Shown here: one piece after another, positions 7,971-13,216 of the stretch
How the letters are laid out: the number at the start of each line of letters is the position of its first letter
How positions within the stretch are numbered: position 1 is the stretch's first letter
Assembly (NCBI GenBank): GCA_031962025.1
Contig: JAVRKW010000021.1
Length of the DNA: 13,216 bases
DNA from: Pseudothermotoga sp.
GTDB taxonomy: Bacteria; Thermotogota; Thermotogae; Thermotogales; DSM-5069
Strand: one strand, 5' to 3'
Position numbers and translations under genes: made by a program
The notes under the pieces: generated by a model
What the model was told of the DNA's origin: nothing
Databases searched by the model: none
Seen by the model: the letters and a program-made list of their open reading frames with translations, nothing else

Positions 7971-8567
7971 TTGAGAGTATATCTTGTAAGACACGCAAAA
8001 ACAGACTGGAATGACATGGGTATCTGGCAGGGAAATGTCGATATACCGCTGAACCGGGAAGGATTTGAACAGGCTGAAAAACTTGCCCGGAGATTTTCCA
8101 GCATGTCCATACAGGCAATATACACAAGCCCTTTGAAGCGAAGCTACCAGACTGCACAGGCAATTGCAGAAAAGTTTTCAATTTCACCTGTACAGGATCC
8201 TTTGTTGCGCGAATGTGAGATATCACTCTGGAATGGTTTGACGATGAAAGAGACTCTTGAGAAATTCGCAAACTTTTACAACGAATGGTCCACAAATCCC
8301 AGAGCTCAAATTCAGGGAGTTGAGTCGCTTGAACAGGGGCAGCAAAGGATGGTTGAAGTATTCAAGAAGATCACCCAAAATTGTTTTGAAAATGTGATAG
8401 TCGTTTCACATGCGATTGCGATCAAAATGCTTGTTTGCTGGGTTTTACAGCTTCCCATACCTTTGCATAAATCTTTCAGGCTTGAAAATGCTTCAATAAC
8501 TGCTATTGAGATCACAGATAGACCAAGGTTGCTCTATCTGAACGATATGTGTCACCTTGAAATGTGA
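7971..8567 (+). CDS. Histidine phosphatase / phosphoglycerate mutase family protein
   Basis: YLVRHAKTDWN..WQG..DIPLN, TSPLKRS, LRECEISLWNG, VVSHA, NAS. Start placed at TTG 7971 behind GGTGG; the ORF track gives 7944. Confidence 0.92.
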   Translation: MRVYLVRHAKTDWNDMGIWQGNVDIPLNREGFEQAEKLARRFSSMSIQAIYTSPLKRSYQTAQAIAEKFSISPVQDPLLRECEISLWNGLTMKETLEKFANFYNEWSTNPRAQIQGVESLEQGQQRMVEVFKKITQNCFENVIVVSHAIAIKMLVCWVLQLPIPLHKSFRLENASITAIEITDRPRLLYLNDMCHLEM

Positions 8568-8602
8568 ATAATGTTGTATCATAAAATCTGGAGGTGATTT
8601 AT

Positions 8603-9016
8603 TTGAAAACCGAATGGCTTGGCAAAATGTGCTTTCTTTCCCGCACAGATTCAGACAGGCAAATTTTGATGGATGGCAAAAAAGAAAACGGTGGACTCGG
8701 TGCAGGTCCTTCTCCCATGGAATTAGTTCTGGCTGCACTGACCGGTTGTACTGGAATGGATGTTGTATCGATACTCTCGAAAATGAAGGTTCTGGATGAG
8801 GTCGAAGTTTTCAACATGGAAGTCAGTGCAGAGAAGTCTCAAGAGCATCCGAAAGTGTACACAAAAATACACCTTAAGTATATATTTAAATTCAAAGATC
8901 AGCCCAGAAAAGAGCAGGTTGAAAAAGCTGTTCAACTGTCGCAGGAAAAGTACTGCAGTGTTGCTGGAATGCTCAAAAAAGCCGCAGAGCTAACTTATGA
9001 GATTGTCTATCTGTGA
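8603..9016 (+). CDS. OsmC family protein (YhfA-like)
   Basis: GPSPMELVLAALTGCTGMDV and SQEKYCSV with the two conserved Cys. Start placed at TTG 8603, 5 nt after GGAGGTGA; the ORF-track GTG at 8594 lies inside the RBS. Confidence 0.92.
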   Translation: MKTEWLGKMCFLSRTDSDRQILMDGKKENGGLGAGPSPMELVLAALTGCTGMDVVSILSKMKVLDEVEVFNMEVSAEKSQEHPKVYTKIHLKYIFKFKDQPRKEQVEKAVQLSQEKYCSVAGMLKKAAELTYEIVYL

Positions 9017-9025
9017 GGTGATTTT

Positions 9026-9574
9026 TTGCTTTTGGCAAGTTTTGTGATTGGGAATGTCACCGTTGAGATAGTTCAGGATGATATCACCAGACAGGACACC
9101 GATGTCATTGTAAACGCAGCAAATTCTTACTTACATCACAAAGGAGGGGTTGCAAAAGCCATAGTAATAGCTGGCGGAGAAGATATTCAAAAAGAAAGCG
9201 ATGAATATGTCAGAAAATATGGACCAGTACCGGTTTCACATGTAGCTGTAACCGGTGCCGGGAAGTTGAAGGCAAAGTACATTTTTCATGCGGTTGGTCC
9301 AGTCTGGGGCGAAGGAAACGAACATGAGAAATTGTACAATTGCATCAGAAATGTGCTGGCAAAGGCTGATGAGCTTGGGGTAAAATCGATAAGTATTCCT
9401 GCTATCAGCAGTGGTGTATTCGGTTTTCCCAAAAAAGATTGCGCTCTGGTTTTTATGAAAGCCATCAGAGATTATCTTTCGTCATCGACACTCTTAAAAA
9501 CTATAAGATTGTGTAATATAGATAAACAGACGAGCGATATTTTTCTTGAGACTTTTAGCAATAACTGGAGGTGA
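9026..9574 (+). CDS. Macro domain protein (YmdB/MacroD-like ADP-ribose-binding or O-acetyl-ADP-ribose deacetylase)
   Basis: DDIT..DVIVNAAN..H.GGVAKAI, HAVGP, PAISSGVFGFP; RBS GAGGTGA and TTG start. Confidence 0.93.
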   Translation: MLLASFVIGNVTVEIVQDDITRQDTDVIVNAANSYLHHKGGVAKAIVIAGGEDIQKESDEYVRKYGPVPVSHVAVTGAGKLKAKYIFHAVGPVWGEGNEHEKLYNCIRNVLAKADELGVKSISIPAISSGVFGFPKKDCALVFMKAIRDYLSSSTLLKTIRLCNIDKQTSDIFLETFSNNWR

Positions 9575-9867
9575 TCACCATAGAAGAAAAAGAAATACCA
9601 AAATTGTCCATGCAGGATCTGATAGTACTTTTTTTCAATACAATTGCCGCACGCTGCTGGGCAAGGCTTGGACTCACAAAAGATGAGTACGGTGAGATGC
9701 GTCAGGATTTGAGTGAGGCAAGGCTTGGTATTGATGTGCTTGACTCCATTCTGAAGGTTTTCACAGTTACAGATCAAGAGCTCTACAAAGAGTTAGAGGC
9801 GGTTGTAGCGAATTTGAAGTTGAATTATGTAAATCAGTATAACAGATCAAAAGGGGCGAGCAAATGA
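9571..9867 (+). CDS. DUF1844-like small protein
   Basis: 98 aa with pattern W..LGL......DL.EARLGIDVL....L..NLKLNYV resembling DUF1844 as recalled; overlaps both neighbours by 4 bp; start codon uncertain. Confidence 0.7.
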   Translation: MITIEEKEIPKLSMQDLIVLFFNTIAARCWARLGLTKDEYGEMRQDLSEARLGIDVLDSILKVFTVTDQELYKELEAVVANLKLNYVNQYNRSKGASK

Positions 9868-10949
9868 AAAAAGCAGGAATTGTTGGGCTGCCAAACAGCG
9901 GCAAGTCAACGCTGTTTAATGCCCTGACAGATCAGAGCGTACCTGCGGAGAAATATCCATTCTGCACCATTGATCCAAACTTTGGAATTCTTATAGCACA
10001 GGACCAGAGATTGACAAAATTGGCTTGCATGGAAAATTCTGAGCAGACAGTTCATCCTTTTTTCAACATAGTTGATATAGCTGGACTTGTTAAAGGTGCA
10101 AGCAGGGGAGAAGGATTGGGCAACCAGTTTCTCGATCACATAAGTAAGGTTGACATGATTTTCCACGTTGTAAGGTGCTTTAAAATAACCGATGTATCTC
10201 ATCCAATGGGCAGTATAGATCCACAGAGAGATATCGAAGTAGTTGAGATGGAATTGATTTTAAAAGATCTTGAAACGGTGCAAAAAAGAATGGACAAAAT
10301 ATCCAAGCAAGCCAGAGCAGGTGATGTACAGGCAAGGGATGAACTTGGTTTGCTTCAAGCACTCAAAGCCCATCTTGAAGCGGGAAATCTGGCTTTGACA
10401 ATGAATAGAAATGAAAATGAACAGAAAATCATCGATACTTTGTTTTTACTGACTGAAAAACCTGTCATATACGTTGCGAATGTAGATGAATGGGGTATGG
10501 AAAATCGCATCTATGAAAAAGTCCAGGAAATTGCACGCAACAGAAATTCCGGCTTTATCTTGGTAAATGCCGGTGTGGAGTACGAAGTGAAAGATATGCC
10601 GGCTGAAGATGCAAGGGATTTTTTGATGGCGTATGGATTTGAAGAATCGTTAAAGATTCGGTTTTTCAATGAAATCAAAAAAACACTTTCGCTGATATGT
10701 TTTCTGACAGCCACCAAGAACGAAGCAAGAAGCTGGGTGATAAAACAAGGGACAAGTGCTTACGATGCAGCCGGAATGATACACACGGATATTCAAAAGG
10801 GCTTTATCAAAGCAGAGGTCATTCCGTTTGAAGAATTGGTCAAGTTTCAATCACTGAAAGAGGCAAGAGAAGCAGGAGCTGTGAAAGCCCATGGAAAAGA
10901 ATACGTCATCAAGGAGGGAGACGTTGTACATTTTCTATTCCATGCTTGA
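9864..10949 (+). CDS. ychF: Obg-family redox-regulated ATPase YchF
   Basis: GIVGLPNSGKSTLFNALT, YPFCTIDPN, DIAGLVKGASRGEGLGNQFL, ANVDE (G4 variant), C-terminal TGS domain AGMIHTDIQKGFIKAEV..GKEYVIKEGDV. Confidence 0.96.
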   Translation: MKKAGIVGLPNSGKSTLFNALTDQSVPAEKYPFCTIDPNFGILIAQDQRLTKLACMENSEQTVHPFFNIVDIAGLVKGASRGEGLGNQFLDHISKVDMIFHVVRCFKITDVSHPMGSIDPQRDIEVVEMELILKDLETVQKRMDKISKQARAGDVQARDELGLLQALKAHLEAGNLALTMNRNENEQKIIDTLFLLTEKPVIYVANVDEWGMENRIYEKVQEIARNRNSGFILVNAGVEYEVKDMPAEDARDFLMAYGFEESLKIRFFNEIKKTLSLICFLTATKNEARSWVIKQGTSAYDAAGMIHTDIQKGFIKAEVIPFEELVKFQSLKEAREAGAVKAHGKEYVIKEGDVVHFLFHA

Positions 10950-11301
10950 TCTGTTTAAAAATACCGCTATTGTATCGACTGTTTTATCTTTTCTCGTTGC
11001 TCAGACAATAAAGATTCTGACATCCAGAAAACTTTCAGCATTCAAAAAATATGGCGGTATGCCAAGCGGACACTCGGCTGCGATGTCCGGGCTTGCTTTT
11101 TCACTGGCAAGATGCACAGGATATGATTCACCGGTTACAGCTATTGCCGTCGCACTGCTCATGGTTGTGGTAGCCGACGCGGTGAATTTGAGGCCGTATG
11201 TTCGCGAAGATCTTGGACACACCTGGTCCCAGGCTTTTGCAGGAATCGGGGTGGGGTTTGTGGTTGCTCACATACTGCCAGCGAGAATACCGCTGTGGTG
11301 A
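10942..11301 (+). CDS. Divergent PAP2 family (DUF212) membrane protein
   Basis: AQTIK, GGMPSGHSA, DA...R, LGHT motifs. Start at ATG 10942, overlapping the ychF end, is more plausible than 10891. Confidence 0.85.
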   Translation: MLDLFKNTAIVSTVLSFLVAQTIKILTSRKLSAFKKYGGMPSGHSAAMSGLAFSLARCTGYDSPVTAIAVALLMVVVADAVNLRPYVREDLGHTWSQAFAGIGVGFVVAHILPARIPLW

Positions 11302-11305
11302 TTTG

Positions 11306-12814
11306 ATGCCGGCGAAACTTTCATCTGTTACCGTTGTTGGATTGAATGTCAATCCGATCACCGTTGAAGTTGATATTGATAGAAAAAGCGTGATTCACGA
11401 TGTGGATATAGTTGGACTTGGTGACACGGCTGTGAAAGAAAGCAAAAAAAGAATCAAAAGTGCGCTGAAAAATTCTGGATTTGATTTTCCTCAGGGAAGG
11501 ATCATCGTTAATTTAGCACCCGCAGATTTAAAAAAAGAGGGTTCTTTGCTCGATCTACCTATAGCCATAGGGATACTTCAGGCTGCCGGTACATTGCAAA
11601 AGTCAAATGTACTTGCTTTTGGAGAGCTTTCTCTGGAAGGGAAAATCAGAGGCGTCAGAGGTGTGCTGACAAGTTTGCTGGCTTTGAGTGAACAGAGATG
11701 TGAAGGTATAATCATAGTTCCAAAGGAAAACATCGAAGAAGCTCAGATGGTAAAAGGATTGAACATATATGCCTTGCAAGATTTGAAAGAAGTCGCCCAG
11801 TTTGTAAACCATCTTGCAGAGTTTCAGGCAGTCTCTTTCAAGGGATTTCCACCGTTTGAATATGAGAGCGATCTTGATTTTGCGGATGTAAAGGGGCAAG
11901 CAGTTGCCAAGAGAGCCCTTGAAATAGCCGCGGCTGGTTCTCACAATGTTCTGATGAAAGGCAGTCCAGGCGCTGGTAAAACTATGCTTGCCAGACGACT
12001 TGTGTCGATAATGCCACCGCTCACAGATGAGGAAGCCGTAGAAGTGCTCAAAATATACAGTGCAGTTGGTTTGGTGAATTCAAAAAAAGTTTTCAGACCG
12101 TTTCGCTCACCTCATCACACTGCGTCGAGCGTCGCAATAATTGGTGGCGGTAACGATGCAAAACCAGGAGAAGTAACACTTGCCCACAACGGAATACTCT
12201 TCTTGGATGAATTTCCCGAGTTCAGAAGAGATGTGATAGAAGCTTTAAGACAGCCTCTGGAAGAAGGAGTAGTTACCGTCGCAAGGGCAAAGGCAACGAT
12301 AACATATCCGGCTCGATTCACACTCGTTGCAGCGATGAATCCATGTCCGTGTGGAAATTATGGTGATCCAAAGGCAACATGTAGTTGTTCTGAATACGAC
12401 ATTATCAGGTACAACAAAAAGGTATCTGGTCCTGTTCTTGATAGAATTGACATTGTTGTGCAGGTTCAGAGAATGGAATTTGAAGAATATTTCGCAAAAA
12501 ATGCGGCTGAAAGCAGTAAGAACATCAGAGAAAGGGTTATAACGGCAAGACAGATTCAGCAAAGAAGGTACAGCAACCTTGGCTTTTCGACGAACTCGCA
12601 GTTACCTGCAAAATTGATCAGAACATTCATTCAGCTTGATGAAAAAAGCGAAGATCTGCTGAAACTGGCGGTTGCAAAGTACAACCTTTCTGGAAGGTCA
12701 ATTGACAAAATTCTGAGACTTTCAAGAACAATAGCCGATCTGGAACAAAGTGAAAAAATCAAATTCAACCACGTTGCAGAAGCAGTGCAGTACAAAACTC
12801 AGCACAGTGATTGA
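11306..12814 (+). CDS. comM: YifB/ComM family Mg-chelatase-like AAA+ ATPase
   Basis: IVGLGDTAVKES..RI, NLAPADLKKEG, FGELSLEG, DVKGQ, Walker A GSPGAGKT, PFRSPHH, Walker B LFLDEFPEF, AMNPCPCG..C.C, SGPVLDRID. Start placed at ATG 11306 after GGTGA; the longer ORF call overlaps the DUF212 gene. Confidence 0.93.
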   Translation: MPAKLSSVTVVGLNVNPITVEVDIDRKSVIHDVDIVGLGDTAVKESKKRIKSALKNSGFDFPQGRIIVNLAPADLKKEGSLLDLPIAIGILQAAGTLQKSNVLAFGELSLEGKIRGVRGVLTSLLALSEQRCEGIIIVPKENIEEAQMVKGLNIYALQDLKEVAQFVNHLAEFQAVSFKGFPPFEYESDLDFADVKGQAVAKRALEIAAAGSHNVLMKGSPGAGKTMLARRLVSIMPPLTDEEAVEVLKIYSAVGLVNSKKVFRPFRSPHHTASSVAIIGGGNDAKPGEVTLAHNGILFLDEFPEFRRDVIEALRQPLEEGVVTVARAKATITYPARFTLVAAMNPCPCGNYGDPKATCSCSEYDIIRYNKKVSGPVLDRIDIVVQVQRMEFEEYFAKNAAESSKNIRERVITARQIQQRRYSNLGFSTNSQLPAKLIRTFIQLDEKSEDLLKLAVAKYNLSGRSIDKILRLSRTIADLEQSEKIKFNHVAEAVQYKTQHSD

Positions 12815-12817
12815 ATT

Positions 12818-13183
12818 TCACTCTCCAATTATTTTCACAAGAACACGTTTATCTCTCATACCGTCGAATTCACCATAAAATACCTGCTCCCACGGTCCAA
12901 GGTCGAGTTTTCCTTTTGTGATGGCGATAACTACCTCTCTTCCCATGATAGTTCTTTTCAAATGCGCATCTGCGTTGTTTTCAAAACTGTCGTTGTGCCT
13001 GTACTGAGAATAAGGTTTTTCAGGAGCGAGTTTTTCCAGCCAGTTTTCAAAATCCCAATGAAGCCCCGGCTCGTCGTCGTTTATAAATACACTTGCGGTG
13101 ATGTGCATTGCGTTGCACAGCAATATGCCATCATAAATTCCACTTTCCTCAACACACCTTTGAAGTTCTTCGGTGATATTTAC
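12818..13183 (-). pseudogene. yjbQ: YjbQ (UPF0047) family gene, 5' end apparently interrupted
   Basis: VNIT..GI.DG....[62 protein letters not shown] is clear YjbQ. Upstream of V-N-I-T the frame reads [11 protein letters not shown], unlike the family's usual basic N-terminal strand of roughly 15-20 residues. Confidence 0.75.
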
Positions 13184-13216
13184 AAAAAAACAAGCCAGAA
13201 AGCACATTCCATTTAT
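13184..13216 (+). mobile_element. Left end of a probable IS200/IS605-family (IS608-like) insertion sequence, continuing beyond the window
   Basis: TTAC (13180-13183) | AAAAAAACAAGCCAG AAAG CACATTCCAT TT AT: AAAG at +16..+19 followed by a hairpin arm, the same layout as the IS608 left end. The junction coincides with the loss of YjbQ similarity. Only 33 bp are visible. Confidence 0.65.

Noticed and set aside
7971..8000. RHA instead of RHG as a sign of an inactive phosphatase
   Set aside because: RHA occurs in active members of the histidine phosphatase superfamily, and the other catalytic Arg and His are retained.
9026..9574. Macro domain as part of a DarTG or sirtuin-linked ADP-ribosylation or defence system
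   Set aside because: No DarT, sirtuin, ADP-ribosyltransferase or GcvH-like partner in the window; it is a stand-alone YmdB-like domain. The KGGV variant of the GGGV loop is minor.
1317..12562. Many 60-138 aa ORFs nested in or antisense to the main genes
   Set aside because: They overlap well-supported CDSs and lack family motifs, as expected by chance.
11306..12814. comM as an integration hotspot for mobile elements
   Set aside because: The gene is intact from N-terminal domain to stop, with no att-like junction or integrase; the disruption is in neighbouring yjbQ.
13184..13216. Group I/II intron or IStron 3' end explaining the yjbQ break
   Set aside because: On the gene's sense strand the junction ends in a T-run rather than a terminal G or AY, and the IS-like end is antisense to the gene.

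Overview
Bacterial chromosomal window, probably Thermotogae (Pseudothermotoga-like), inferred from the protein families and the strong GGAGGTGA ribosome-binding sites. Left to right: the 5' part of a dCache-HAMP methyl-accepting chemotaxis protein on the - strand (absent from the ORF track, runs off the left edge); a MATE transporter; a convergent VanZ-family membrane protein; a ROK regulator with a glucose-type CUT1 ABC module (binding protein and two permeases, no ATPase); a tightly packed + strand run of histidine phosphatase, OsmC, macro domain, DUF1844-like, ychF, divergent PAP2 (DUF212) and comM/yifB; and a convergent yjbQ-family gene. The most notable signal is in the last 37 bases. yjbQ loses its normal N-terminus exactly at a + strand TTAC, followed by sequence with the layout of an IS608-type (IS200/IS605) left end: AAAG guide at +16..+19, then the start of a hairpin. 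This suggests a HUH-transposase element, possibly carrying tnpB, inserted into yjbQ, with its body outside the window. The rest is mostly ordinary housekeeping and sugar-uptake DNA with some readable regulatory motifs.
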